A stretch of 63,888 nt of DNA, filler included, from Choristocarpus tenellus KU-1152 (Eukaryota; Protista; Phaeophyceae): NCBI GenBank assembly GCA_964200185.2. It is 10 parts of 10 records of this genome, joined end to end, with 100 filler letters (N's around TTAATTAATTAA, not from the genome) between each part and the next. Parts side by side here need not be neighbours in the genome. Positions count along the whole stretch, not along the records: positions 20,439 to 27,395 come from CAXNAD020006972.1; positions 27,496 to 32,218 come from CAXNAD020013329.1; positions 32,319 to 36,507 come from CAXNAD020015777.1; positions 36,608 to 45,216 come from CAXNAD020004533.1; 6 more parts are not named here. One strand, 5' to 3'. The notes beneath the pieces were generated by a model, which saw nothing but the letters and a program-made list of their open reading frames with translations, ran no database searches and was not told where the DNA came from. Position numbers and translations under genes: made by a program. This document shows positions 25,401 through 38,628 of the stretch, one piece after another. Position 1 is the stretch's first letter. Each line of letters starts with the position of its first letter.

Positions 25401-27126
25401 AAGAAAAGACTAGTTTATGGGCCTAAGATGTTAAATACATTCGTGTATGTGTAAGGTGTATAAATAATCGCATGATGTACTACGAATTTTGACATACTAT
25501 ATAGACTGAAACGCCTCCCAAATTGTGGAGATTTTTTTTTTTTTTCCTATCTATTGAAGCCAAGTGCATGCCTTAGTACACTAAAAACGCCTCCTCCTTG
25601 TGCGTCTGAACGTATTTATCTGTCAGTATTAGCAAAACTCAATATGAGTGTTGAAACAAATACATGTCTATGCTATTGTTATTATTATTATTATAGTATG
25701 TAAGAAGCACGATCTCAGGCAATCAGCACCTTAGCTGTGGGACAGACTTGATCCAATTTTTTTTTTTTTACGTCAGGACCAGGGTAATCAAAGGTGTATC
25801 TGGAGTGGGTCACAGGTTGACCTCCAGACGCATTAATTTTGTGTGCCAGCCTGGTACCAAGATATTCTGACGAGGCCAGTCCATGACTGTCAACTGTATC
25901 AACGTGCCCAAGCCATTGACTGACTCTCAGTCATGGCCCCGGACTGAGGCCATGCTAACTGATGGGATCGATGGACATCTGTGGTAATAACGGTGTCCTG
26001 ATCCATGGCAACTCCAAGCACCTGGGAGGCGTGACTGGCAACGGTGTGAAGTGAAGTGTGAAGATTTGGAGGGAGGCGCAGCACTCAGGAGGCATACAGC
26101 AGTGTCACTGACCCAGACATGTGTGTAGGAGAAAATGAAACTTTGTTTGCTCGGGCATGATCTTAGAGGAATTTTTGAGAGTATTGAAGAGTATTGAAGA
26201 GGTATGGTGTGCCTCTCGAGAATCATACCATGTTGAGCCTGTTTTTCATTGTGGATGAGGACGGTGTAGACCGCCTTCCATGAACAGTCTCAATAAACTT
26301 AGGGTTAGGGCGTGCTCAACTTATCTTAAGCTGGTGCTCACGGACCGGGTTGAACGTGTGTTAACTTGGGAGGGTGAAGAAGGCAAAAACTAGAGTAATT
26401 TCTTGTATGTCCAAAACCTCTTGATTGTGGGAAAACAGTGAACTGTGTAATTTGGTTGCTTTGGTCGAAAGCTGTGTCTTCTTGTGAACTCCAATGGCGT
26501 ACACCCCACTCTGTAATGTACAAAGGTGTTCGAGGAGCATTGGTTCATTCAACACTGATCTCCCAAGGTTGGAAATTGCAAAATCGTCGCTGTAATTTCA
26601 CCTGGAGAATGTGTGAGCTATTGAATACATCCCAGAGGTGTCCTTGAGAGGGTGAAAGGGGCATAATGATAAAGGGAAACGGTGCAAGAGGAAGTCTTTC
26701 ACCTGATTTCAAATTTTGAGCGATTGCTAGAATTTGGCGGAGTCGTCACAGGTGGACCTAACATAGTCTCTCTCGGTGTCCTTGACATCTACTCAATAGG
26801 GGTTTTTCCCTGGTGTCTTGCACCTGTTGAAGCCATGGGCTGGCTCTCAGCCATGGCCCTGAGCTGAGGGCATGCTAGCTGATGGGATTGATGAACATCT
26901 GTGGTGATAACGGTGTGTTAGTGTGTTGCTTAGTGCATCCTTTGTGAGTGTGTTGTTTGTCATGTGTGCTCGCAAATGCTTTCGCCAGATACGAAGAATG
27001 GGGTGGATACAACCGGTTCTTCTGTGGAGGGAGGGTGATGCTGGGCAGTGATGCCAACTGGTTCATGGGCAGCAACTTGATCCTCACCATCCCGTTTGCA
27101 GTGTTTGATTACTTCATCTGCACCAG
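22422..27126 (+). CDS. DHHC-family (Erf2/ZDHHC9-like) protein S-acyltransferase, 5' part, with an N-terminal SH3b-like domain
   Basis: Phase-consistent exons 22422-22479, 22710-22795, 23072-23209, 23950-24053 and 26989-27126. The last exon, RYEEWGGYNRFFCGGRVMLGSD plus a TM helix, matches the Erf2-subfamily N-terminal motif. The catalytic DHHC motif would lie beyond the contig end and was not seen. Confidence 0.75.
25912..26917. repeat. ~1 kb intronic segment bounded by ~85-bp diverged direct repeats
   Basis: GCCATTGACTGACTCTCAGTCATGGCCC...CATCTGTGGTAATAACGGTGT (25912-25997) versus GCCATGGGCTGGCTCTCAGCCATGGCCC...CATCTGTGGTGATAACGGTGT (26832-26917). Confidence 0.65.
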
Positions 27127-27852
27127 GTCAGCCTGTGTGTGTGTGTGTGTGCCTGTATGATCCATTGTAGGTTTTTGTAGTATGTACCATGGGCATTTTT
27201 TAGCTTCGGAGAGCGTGTGAAGAGATTTTTTTTTGTTAATGTATCAAGAACGTTTTTCTGCCGAAACGTCTCGCCTACGCATCTCAAAAGTATGTTTTGA
27301 CGTACTTTTTGCAGTCTTCCTAATTTGTTTGATATTGTGGTCTGGGGGGGGGGGGGGGGGGGGGGTGCGGGTGTTTTTGGTGTTTTTTGTGTGGGNNNNN
27401 NNNNNNNNNNNNNNNNNNNNNNNNNNNNNNNNNNNNNNNTTAATTAATTAANNNNNNNNNNNNNNNNNNNNNNNNNNNNNNNNNNNNNNNNNNNNCCCCC
27501 CCCTCACAGATACTTTGGGTCTCTCGCAAGATCACCAATTCTCGATTCCCAGTGTGCGGTGTTCCTAGGTCCTTACACCCATCCATGTCGGGTTAGGCTG
27601 GAGATATAGCATTGCAAACAATGGTTCGTAGGGAGCAATTTTCCAGGGGGACATTGTTTTATAGTTGACGTATATTATATTATGAAAATACGTGTTTTGG
27701 AAACGACAAAACTTCACAATTGTATTAAGAGAAGCCTTTTGTATCTCAGGTCTTTTATCTTATCCCTACCCTAGGACACATCTCTGCAAGATGTCAGTGG
27801 ATATGGAAATATACTATGTAGTACTTCAAAGCAGATATTTTTGGGTGTTTCT

Positions 27853-28100
27853 GAGTGAAAATATCTTAGAGGGTACGAGCTTTGCCCTGTTTGTTTGTTG
27901 GGGGCTTGGCTTCCCATGGGGTTTTTTATGACATTTTCCTACTCCAAAATGGATCGGAGTAGTAGGTTATGAAAAGTTTGTCCGGAACAAGGATATTGAT
28001 ACTTCCCAACAAACAAAATAGTCAAAATTATATCGAAATCACAACATTGGATTTTGGTCCCCAAATGGACGTGGGTCTACTCTCTGAGATACTTAGACCC
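27853..28100. mobile_element. MITE family B
   Basis: GAGTGAAAATATCTTAGAGGGTAC...TACTCTCTGAGATACTTAGACCC. Collinear with 60657-60916. Confidence 0.85.
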
Positions 28101-30828
28101 ATCTGCAGATCAGTGGGACGTTGTATGGTATAACACCAACACACATACATACATATATATGTATGAATCGTGTGAATCTGTGGCGGCGTGATTCCCTTAG
28201 GCAACGGTGGCGGAGAGAAACACCAGGCATTACGGACCAGACGGACGAAGACGAACCGTAACCGAGAGGTCGATGTTATGATGTTACGCAAGTGCAAGAC
28301 TGAAAGAACTTGCAGGAAGAAAAGTGGGGAACCGAGGAAATGAGGTGGATCACGATTCGGTTGGGTTTCGGAAAAGAAACTCTACAGAGATAGGAGATCC
28401 ATCTTCAGAAAACCGTGCTCATAAAAAGAGACGTTACGAGAAGACACGGAAATTTATCACTCCGAATATCCACCACACAGTCGAACCGAAGGTTCTCAGA
28501 ACGCAACCTCAATCGGTATAACGGTATATGGCATACGGCAAGAACGGTATAAGGACAGACAAACATGCTTTCCACAGGTGTCAATATATATTATTATGCT
28601 CTCTGACATTTTGCAGATGTGTCAGGGGGAAAAATAATGAAAACTATAAACAAGTCATTATTAACCCTAAAGAAAAGTAATCATTCCACTGACACCATCA
28701 CTTTAGAATTCTATTCTCTTCCCAGAAAATTGATCCCGACTCTATAGCAAAAGAATGAAAGGCCCCATCTGACGAGGAAACTATCTTTCTCATCACAGAG
28801 ATTCACCTGCATGCGAAGTGATTCTGGGCACCTGCTCCTTGGCATTTAGTACGTTGCTCGACGATCGCCCATTAGCACCTGGCACGACGAGGTAGAAAGA
28901 GTTCCCCTGGTTGGAATGGGGGCCCTCTGGGGATACAAATTATTGATTTACATTTCTCCACCATCGACAAAAAAACATTTTCTATAGTAGTATCTGAGAT
29001 GGACAATCATTGCTCATTCATTCGTGTCTTCTTGAGGCCTGAAGAATATGTGCCCGAGGGGTTGAATTCGAGGAGCGAAAATGGATTCATTATGATATAT
29101 AGTCATAGCATTCTTCAGATGGAGATGCCAGTGAAGGAGAGAGGGGACACATACAAGAGTCTTAGAAGTTTGAGTCTTCAGTAGTGACACCGTGTGTTGA
29201 CGAAATTACTAGGTTGTGTGTGATGTATTGTGTGGACACTGTTCACATCAAAAAGTAATAACATCCAAATATCGTCATAGTAATGATCTGGCACCAGTTC
29301 TCACACAGTTCACAACACTCGAATGTACTCATCATATACTCATGTAGTTACAGTATTCCACTAGACTGAAGGGGTCTGAAAGGTGAAAGAACCTCCAAGA
29401 AATTCTATCCGATGCTTGAAAGAGTCAAAATCTCACGCAACCCTGATGTAACTTACATAAAACCAATTAATACACTCAAATTCAAAATATATTGTAGAAA
29501 TACATACAGGATGACAACCACTTGCCAGAAGAAGCCTAAGGATTTATGCAACAAATCATCACCAAAACCGTCAAAATTTAGAAAATCCGTCCACCTCAAA
29601 CAGACAAATAGTTTGTTTACCAACGACAAGTTTTTTACAAATTGCCTCCTCTGTCCTATTTCTTATACACTGGTGATAAATTCAACCAGACCCAAACTGT
29701 TCTGCCCATCCAATTTCATATATTCAAATCCTTTCCGTTGGAAGAAGTAACTTACGCTTGACCAAACATTCAGTAAGTCCAACTCAAATTGTCGCAACCC
29801 AGAAGACAAAATAATATGCTACTACCTAAGGGTCTAGCACAAGAAGACATCAAAAATGTCTCCTGTTGATTTGGTCTGAGGATGGACACATTATCGACCG
29901 TCTGGAAAGTCCACTGATAAAATTGGGAACGACGTTTCATCCCACTCCAGAACTCCAGAAATAAACGGAACCAACCCTATCTCTTCATCAATTCTGATAC
30001 GAATGTCCTTCCTACAATCTACAACATCCATCAATATTTCAGTATTTTAACTTATCACTGACAAAAACTGTACCGCTTAATCGTCCAGTATTAATAACTT
30101 GCAATAATTGTCTACTGGTATATTTGATATTGTTATGCCCTCACACATTTTGGAGATGTGTGACTGGGAAAAGTCATTGAAAAGCCAATCAAATATCAGA
30201 ATAATCCCTGAAAAAGTTACATATTAAAAAAGTTTTTCCATCTTCTATTTACTATTCTTTACTACCAGTTATGCTGTACCACTGTCATTCTATGTATGCA
30301 CATATTTGTATTATTATGCCATTTTCCAGATGTGTCAGGGGGGAGACCAATGAAAACTATACACGTTATCAGTATAAGCCCTTAAGAAATAAAATGTCGT
30401 AACTGTGAAAAACCCTAATCCATTTGTTCCTTCACTACTATCTATGTTGTACTACTACCCTCCAGTGTCTCCAATCTACCTATTTATATCTGTGCCCCAG
30501 GAGGAGCTAGGGAGGCATCTCAAGCATCCAATAAATCCCTCCGTACCCATCTCTCGGGTGATTCCAGCTGAAAACGCATGACACGTCTAGACAGTGCACT
30601 TGCGTAGTTACCGAGACAATTTGGCGTAGCCGGGCATATATTGATGGTACTAAGGTATTGAAGGACGTATTACGTACGATATCGTGATCATCTACCATAT
30701 ATACCATCCCAACCAACGAAATATCATCCTTTGGAATATTTAAAGATGTTTTTCTTGGTGATCATTTTAATACCATTTCCCGATGTCAAAACCATAACAT
30801 GAATTCCCGATTAATTCAACAACTACAT

Positions 30829-31007
30829 GGCTCAAAGTATCTGGGGGGGGGGTGGTAACTGTCCAATTGGGAACAATTTTTTAATGTCGCAGTTTTGGGG
30901 TGATTTGGCTGCATACGTTGGATGGATAATGTAAGTGCACTTTCCTGGTTACTGGTCAAATGGATATTCTGGTGAAGACCCCCCCTCCTCCCCAGATACT
31001 TTGGGTC
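30829..31007. mobile_element. MITE family A
   Basis: GGCTCAAAGTATCTGGG...CCCAGATACTTTGGGTC with 3-bp TSD CAT. Confidence 0.9.
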
Positions 31008-31152
31008 CATATTGCTTCAAGTTTTTTCGGAGCAATTCGAAATATGAAGTGATACAAAAAGGAGGAAGAATCTCACCGTCCTCGCCCCCCCAAAAAACGT
31101 TTGCAAGATGGCAACCCCTCCCCTACTTACCCAACGCCCACCCTTTCTCATA

Positions 31153-31845
31153 GTGCAAGCACCGAGCGGTAGCAGGTCCGAAATGTCGACGTCGCGTACC
31201 CTGAGGGGGTCGTCTTGCTCATCCTCGCTTTTGCCTCTGCGAATGTCGTTGAAGAATCGATGTTGGAAACGAGAGTGCAGCGCGGCCTACAGTCGTGTGG
31301 CTCCAAGTGCAAAACGAAGAGTGAAACTAAGAAAGAATGGGAAGAAGAGGAAGAAGACCTACTTCTGTGACTCAACGTGTACAATAATGTTCCTCGATCC
31401 ACTGCTTGGGGCTGACTGTTTTAGAAAGGGCATAAGAAGCTGCCGCAGATGCTTCTACAGCTTGAAAGCTCTCAAGAAGAAGATAAAGAAGGGGAAGCAC
31501 TTTCCATTCAGCATTACCGGAGAGACCATTCCAGAGAGTACACCCTACATATGCCGTATCTTGGACTGAAAGGAGAAGATCGTGAGCTCCATCCTCGACC
31601 AGGTGTGGTCAATTTCTGGGTGTGGTCTTGGAGGATATATCATCATCATCACTAGTAGTGTGCCTCCTCATCGCTCTCACTTTTATCTTGTATGCACTGT
31701 GTCGGTAACGAACTTCTTCCAAACATCTGCTACGTACTGTACAGACAGAGCTACCTACGCAAATGTGTGGCGTGCAAACAATCACGAGGAGATGTTCTTG
31801 AACGATCCCGGCGATCCTGTTACAGACTTGCCCGTTTTTTGTATG
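31153..31845 (+). pseudogene. Decayed Cys/Lys-rich zinc-finger-like coding remnant
   Basis: RCWKREC...TYFCDSTC...DCFRKGIRSCRRCF, then an in-frame TGA at 31567-31569 followed by open KEKIVSSILDQ|gt. A downstream KCVACKQ segment appears frameshifted. Confidence 0.35.
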
Positions 31846-32032
31846 TTCACGTTTTTTGTCATTTCTCTCCTTCAACACAATTTCTTGACAGGTAATTCAG
31901 TTAGAGAGTCGGCGTTGTCTGCTCTGGAGTGCTCTCTTCTTACGAATGGATTAAGTCCGCATGCCGTACATGCTGCACGTTCCTCTTCTTGAAGCAATTT
32001 CATTCGTATTGAGGATATATGACGTGCAAAGA

Positions 32033-32207
32033 GGCTCAAAGTATCTGCGGGGGGAGGTGGCTATCCATTCGGGGTCAATTTTTTCATGTCGCGATTTTTA
32101 GTTGATTTGGTTGCATATGTCGGATGGATAATGTAAATGCACTTTTCCTGATTTTGACCCAAATGGACGCCCTGGTGTAGACCCCCCCCCCCCAGATACT
32201 TTGGGTC
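32033..32207. mobile_element. MITE family A
   Basis: GGCTCAAAGTATCTG...CCCAGATACTTTGGGTC. Confidence 0.9.
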
Positions 32208-33305
32208 AAGTGTTACAGNNNNNNNNNNNNNNNNNNNNNNNNNNNNNNNNNNNNNNNNNNNNTTAATTAATTAANNNNNNNNNNNNNNNNNNNNNNNNNN
32301 NNNNNNNNNNNNNNNNNNCCCAAATGGCCAGCCGCCGCCACCCCCCAGATAATTTGTTCCTTTTCTGCCTCCGATTAGAAGATAGGGTAATATTTCCTCC
32401 AGTCTCTACTACCACCTCACCTCTGCACGACCAAATCAGACCGATCTTGGGGGAGAATGCTTGTCTATTCATTGGTCATACCAGAGCGTCGTTTAGACCT
32501 CAGCAGCTCTAGGATGATCTCATTCTATATTTCCATAGAGGAGAAAAAGCACTCCGAGCCAATCTATAACCTGCTCCAACAAGGTCTCGGCAGCTGTTAG
32601 ACGCTTACTCCTTACGCCTAAGGAGAGAAGGAGCTATAAAAATACCCACTGCATGAAACGGCGATGATGTTCGCTATTTTGCCACTCCTCAAACTTCCCG
32701 CCCTGCCTTCCAATTTAATGTTTTCCCAAATAATCTGTAAAATTCAAAGGGGGTCCTGTTGTGAAAACCGTGAGAGCTTCAAGGTCCGCCCCAGATCCAA
32801 CAAGTGGCGCACTAAATTGCCAGATGTGCCCTCGCTAGAAGCTGCAAGATAGGATGGCAGTGAGATCTCTATTTTTTGGTGTGTATGAATCACCCCAACC
32901 AAGACCAACTTAATAACTATCAAATTTGATTAGGGGTTGAATGCGAACTATTCTGTTGTTACCGGATAGATGTGGAGTCTCTGTTCGACCAGGTTCGACC
33001 TCTTGTACCGAACGACTCAGAGAGCTAACTGTACTGCTACGAATACTACCTACACCAACCATGATCTTCAGCCCCATAATACAAACTGTTGTTGGTGTGT
33101 TGGAGAGAGACGCAAGTTTCCGTTTCAGCTGAGTAATTGTAAGATTCCTCCTATCACAACGTTTGCAGTAGTAAATACTAGAAAAGTCCAGAAGTTAAAA
33201 CAAACATATTATGTTCTGTCAATTTGAGTTTTGGTGATTGGAGACAATTCTTCAAGAAGTCGCCACACCGACTCTATGTTGTATTATTTTCTTTTTCCTG
33301 TCAAG

Positions 33306-36300
33306 GTCTGGAAACATTGCACAATGCTTTCATGGGTTCAAGGTTTTCTATATCGGGGGCCAACGTGACGTCCAGAGGGGGTGACCAGATGCAGGAAGGA
33401 TCGAGCAGAGAAGACTCACAGCTCAGTCGCCAAATTTCCAACTGGGGTGATGAAATTATGATGGACGAAGCTAATAATCAAAGCGAGGTAAGACTTGTCA
33501 TCGACTCTTCGCGGGATCTCTTGTGCCAAGACCTCTATCTTCATGTCCAACGTTGAGTGGTCTCCTATGACTAGCATTGATTTCAGAAGCTTATGATACA
33601 AATATCTACCCGTGTCTTCCCCTCGTCCGAGATATGGGGAAGATTGCTGGCAGCTGTTGGCAGCTGACCCCAACGATCAATATTGGTCCCAAAGGCCGAT
33701 GGTGTCGTATTCTCCACGAAGACCTTAGCCTGAGTGACAGCTGTTGGCAGCTGACCCCGACAAGCAATTTTTCTCCCGAAGAATTGATGTGCCATATTCT
33801 TTCTAAAGACCTAAAATTTCGTACTCATCTTGTCTGCATCTTCTGAGATTTTGCTGTAGGGGAAAGAGTTTGGCCATTCACACAATGACGAATGCAATAT
33901 ATTTCGGATACTCCGCTATTCCTCTAGGTCATCGACGCAGTTTCTGGCGTTTCTGGAGAAGTGCAGCCCCAAGTTGTTGCCCTGGAGTCGCAGATCGTTG
34001 TCCTCGAATCCCAAGTGGTGGCAGTGGAGAACGCTTTGGATCCCAGGAATGCCGAGGGAGACGTCGTGGGTGCATACGGGCGGCAGCTATATAGCTCTCT
34101 TGCTCATGAGCTGAGCGACGCCCAGAGAAAAGTAAAGGACCTCGTGGATCAGCTGCAGGTTAGCGCTGGACTAGCGTAGAACAGATCCTCACTCTGTTTA
34201 TTATATGGGTTTTGAATATGGATTTTCTACAGAGGAAGGCGCAACCAATGAGGATGGTCATATGTGCTCAGTGCACACAGTGTCAGATCGGTTGTGATTC
34301 TTGCATCAGCCCTGCCATGGTATGTAATCTTCTCTCTCTCCACGTGAGTCTTGTCAGTGTAAGGTATGGAATGTAGAGAAAAATGATCACATGTTCGATG
34401 CTGTTCGTTTAGTGTAGTTTTCTCGTTCAGTAACCCTCCTTGCTCTAGATCTTATTTTGTAAGGTGATAATATGTTTGATGCATTTTTTTCCCTTTGACC
34501 TTGGCATATAGGGATTCTCTTGGCCTTCATCAAGCAGCATGAGCCTTGGTAGGTTTGTTGTATGTATGTGTCGCGTCTCTGATCGTGCGTTTTCTCACTG
34601 GAAGTGCTACTGACAGTGAAGCTTTGCTTACTTGGTGTGCCTTACTTGGTATGTCTGTTTTACTATAGGTTCATATCCTGATTTGAATATCTCGTTTGTA
34701 GTTGAGGGCAAATACTCTGCTTTTTTTTGTGGAATATGAGTACTCAAAAGTGTATTTATGAATAGTAGTATTTTTTTCACGTTTCACAATTTACAAACTT
34801 TTATAGTCCAATTGAAGAAAATCCACAAGAATATTACAAGAATGGAAACACTATGTAATCAATTTTTCACCTTTTCTTCTCAGGCTCACAAGAAACATTA
34901 AACAAGCAGTAGTTGGTGATTTGGCGTTGGCATTATTTGATGTGGGTATGGGGGTGGTGGTGGGAGGAGGAATGGGCTAGGTGTTGGGGTTAAATAGGTC
35001 AGTTTTAGTGAGTGCAGCAGAGAAATGATCACCTGCTTGGTTGCCATTATTCGGTTGGACATTCATTAATGACAGCTTGTCTGATTGTGCTGTTGAATGA
35101 AAACATTTTAGGATGGTCTATGTAGCAGCAGCCGGTGGACTGGTTACACTTATTGATATACTCTTAAGTAGGACAATTCTAGTAATTCAATTACAAATGA
35201 AAGCCTCTGCCCCTGCATTCCTCTCATAGCCTTGAACCCTCCAAGAGACACTTGTGCTGAAGTCCTACCTACTATGCCAACCTACGCTACTCCCCTGAAC
35301 CACTCTCCCTGTCCCTCTCCTTGTCCCTTAACCATTTTTGTCCCACCTCCTCATTTTAATCTGTATCCACCTGCCCACCCACCAGACATTAAATGGGAAT
35401 GGAAGGGGAACCATCCCCACCTCTCTTAGGGAGCGCTTGGATGGTTTATTAGGGCGGTTGGAGAGGGTTGACCTTGCTCACAGTGCAAGATGTCCTCCTC
35501 AGGAGCTTGGTGCGTATCTTTTTTCCAAGAAAACCTCTGCAATGGTGTGATGAGCCTTGATGCCACTTTCCTGTGCAAGCCTAACATGTACTGCATTGTA
35601 TTTTGCTACTATACTGTTTTGTCCTCTAGTCCTTCGGCCAAATCCTTCCGTTATTTCTACCACTTGAACCATTCTGTTTGTAGAATAGTGTGATTTCAAT
35701 CATGATTTCGTCTCATTTGTGTACATGAGTGAGATTTTCTTTCTTTTTTTATTAGAAATGTAGAAAGAAACGTTCATAATTCTTACTCTACTGTACCAAG
35801 AGTGCCTGGGGATGCTGGTCTTAGCCTTATATTCTTGATAGTTGCAAGGACAGGAACAAAATCCTCAATGGTGGCATCCCTTTGATTTGTTCATGTATAT
35901 GCATTGTCACCCATCCCATCAATTGCCTTGTCACTGCAACATCGCATTCCCCAATCACAGGTAACTTTGCTTTGATTATGCTGTGTGGGAGAAGAAGTTA
36001 CTCCAAAGCATAATACTGTATTTTTATGTTCTCATTTGAATATATACATAGATAAATATACATTGTCCTTTTCATTTTGTTAATGTTATTTTTTCTCTTG
36101 AGCAATACACATAGTAGTTCATCTAAGTTCTATAGTATGTCCCCTTCCATCATTGGAGCTGCATCTCACACTCTCCACGACACTTTGGTTGCCGAACGGA
36201 CTCTCCCACCTTGAACACCTTGAAGAGAGGCGCCTGTCACGGTCTTTACTCTCTGCCAGGAGCTTGTCCACTGGTCTCAATCACAGCAGCTCACAGGGTG

Positions 36301-36507
36301 GGGAAGAGAGAGAGAGTGGGGGCAGGGGGACAGCTAGTGAGGTTGGGACCGTGACTGGGGGTAGGGCAGGAAACAGGTCTGGGGGCACAAGTGTTGTTTC
36401 AATTAAACGTGCTCGGACGCTGGAGGATGCAGTCTGGGAGTCATCCAGGGGTGGGAGCGTAGGGGGGGGGGGGGTAGGCAACACGAGCAGGCATGGGGGG
36501 GCGGGGG
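33306..36507 (+). CDS. Spliced coiled-coil/low-complexity protein of unknown function (3' truncated)
   Basis: Exons 33306-33487, 33928-34158 (VALESQIVVLESQVVAVENAL..LSDAQRKVKDLVDQLQ heptads), 34233-34319, 34512-34552 and 35430-35508 are phase-compatible. A further open Gly/Ser-rich stretch lies at ~36190-36507. Confidence 0.6.
33651..33815 (+). repeat. Intronic tandem duplication with an 87-bp period
   Basis: CAGCTGTTGGCAGCTGACCCC at 33651 and 33738, with diverged downstream similarity. Confidence 0.75.
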
Positions 36508-36636
36508 NNNNNNNNNNNNNNNNNNNNNNNNNNNNNNNNNNNNNNNNNNNNTTAATTAATTAANNNNNNNNNNNNNNNNNNNNNNNNNNNNNNNNNNNNN
36601 NNNNNNNAAAAACACAAAAGCCCAACCACAACCAAA

Positions 36637-36667
<31 letters not shown>

Positions 36668-36711
36668 GTTATAAGAGAGGGCAAGGCGGTGTTGATTGTT
36701 CGCATACACAC

Positions 36712-38628
36712 CTTGCGGCGAACAAGGTAGTTCTTTTTCTTTTTCTCCACCACCAGCTGTTCAGAAGCCTTGAGGGCCTGCGCAATGAGCTTGGCGTTCT
36801 TACAGAGCTTCTTCACCTTAGGGAAGCTGGCCAGCACTCCCACTGGCACAAAACCTGCCCAGGCCAACAAACAAATAAAATTTTGTCAATTGCAACACTA
36901 TTACTACCACTTTAGAACAACAAACACCTTATCTCGGGGTCCATACCCTATGAAGGCCCTTTAAAACCAAGCGGTCAGACTAAGCCAACATTTTGCGTGT
37001 GTTGACAACTGTTCTGGCCATTGCATTTCTCGAGGTTGATGGCATGAACCAAGCGGGAGTGTCGGTTTCCATCATCCAAGACAAGGACCAATACTGCTAC
37101 ATGTGGTCTACACACACAAGTGTATATTGTTATTAGTGTGGTTGGCAGGACTCGGCAGGGACATTCTGGGACTGTATACCACAGCCACTAAAAAAATTTT
37201 AGCTGGTCCATTTTCAGCAAGGAACCTGATGATCCCCATATCACACATCTATTGTTTTTGAAGAAGTCCTTCAAATCAACTCTTGTGTAACTCCTCACAT
37301 TGTTTTATTTCTCAATCCCATTTATCCCCATAGTTGTCCAGCATGTTGATAGCAAATTAGTACTACCACTACCAGTTAGAGTTTTGGGGGAGAGGGGGAG
37401 AGGATAATCACAAGGCAGTAAGTGCAAATGACTTCCTACCCTGTTCAACGCAAATAGAGAAAGGAACTGAGCTGAGGGGTGAGATTGCTTACGCCTGTCC
37501 TGGCTACTATCTTTATTGGACAATGAACACTGGATTACTCATGACCCTCAACCTGAGGGCAGTGTGATGTTGATTGTCTACGATTCCGTTTGAGCACGAG
37601 GGCACAGCCCACTCGGGAAAAATGAAGTGAAGTTCGTCCCTCGAATAGCAAATCCCAACTTTACCCCTCCAACATGATCAATTTTCACCTTGACCCAGTC
37701 CAGCTTTCATCTTCTGCTGCATGAACTTGTCTGTTGGAAGGTTCTCGTCACTGAAGTAGAATTCCACCTGTTTCACAATCGCTGCTTTAGTCTCCTCTGA
37801 CAACTCCACGGGCTGATGGCTCTCTGTAAGAGGACCAAGTCCGTAGGGGCAAGCCCAAAGTCAGCGATAAGAGATTTCAGACTTTACCTACTGACTGCGT
37901 CTTTTTGGCCACAGCCATTTCCCTAGTGATAAGTATTAAATGTGTAAGTTCCCGGAAAGTGCTCTACGCAGGCGTAAGATCAACCAGTTCAAAGAAAGCA
38001 ACACACCGTGGTGCTGGATGTCTCCCTGGCTACCAACACCATTCGGCGCAACAACATCGGCATGAGGCGAGTCTGGTTCTCCACCAGTAATAACTTCATG
38101 AGGCGAGGAAGAAGACTTGGCCTCCCTGCTAGATAGAGCGATGTATTGGTTGGGGGGGATCTGTGAGTCCTCACAAGGTCAAGGTTCCTGTAGTGTACGA
38201 CGGTCAGTTCACTCACGAATATCAGATCGAGATGGAGGTTTTCTCAGTTGCAGAAATTTAAAATCAACCGTCCCATAATGAGCAAGGTGCATTGGGTTAG
38301 TTTGACCATGAGTTAGTATCTAGAAATTATGTTCAAGCGAGCCCCATCTATAATCCCATCCCATTGCCCTTCTTTCGGCCCCTGCATCCCCCCAATCAAC
38401 AACGTACACCTGTACTTCCTACCTCTATTGCTAGTATATCCTCAAATTTCTACCCTCATATTCCAAACCTTTATCCCTTCTATGAAGTTCTCGACCTTAC
38501 CCGACGACGGACACGGAGATGATCGCCTGTTTCAACTGGTCTCCACGATCTATGTGGGGAGAGCCTGATGTTGTAGGTTCGGCAAGAGGAGCACCTTCTC
38601 GAGCCTCGACAATACCACCATATTCCAT
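36712..38628 (-). CDS. La-motif RNA-binding protein (LARP-like), 5' part
   Basis: Exons 38628-38501, 37922-37888, 37823-37689 (IVKQVEFYFSDENLPTDKFM) and 36854-36712 (GFVPVGVLASFPKVKKL..ALKASEQLVV..VRRK). This is a canonical La motif and the phases match. Confidence 0.9.

Noticed and set aside
28200-30660. Exon-like segments at ~28200-28515, ~28800-28890 and ~30500-30655
   Set aside because: They contain stops or lack phase-consistent joins, so no gene model could be supported.
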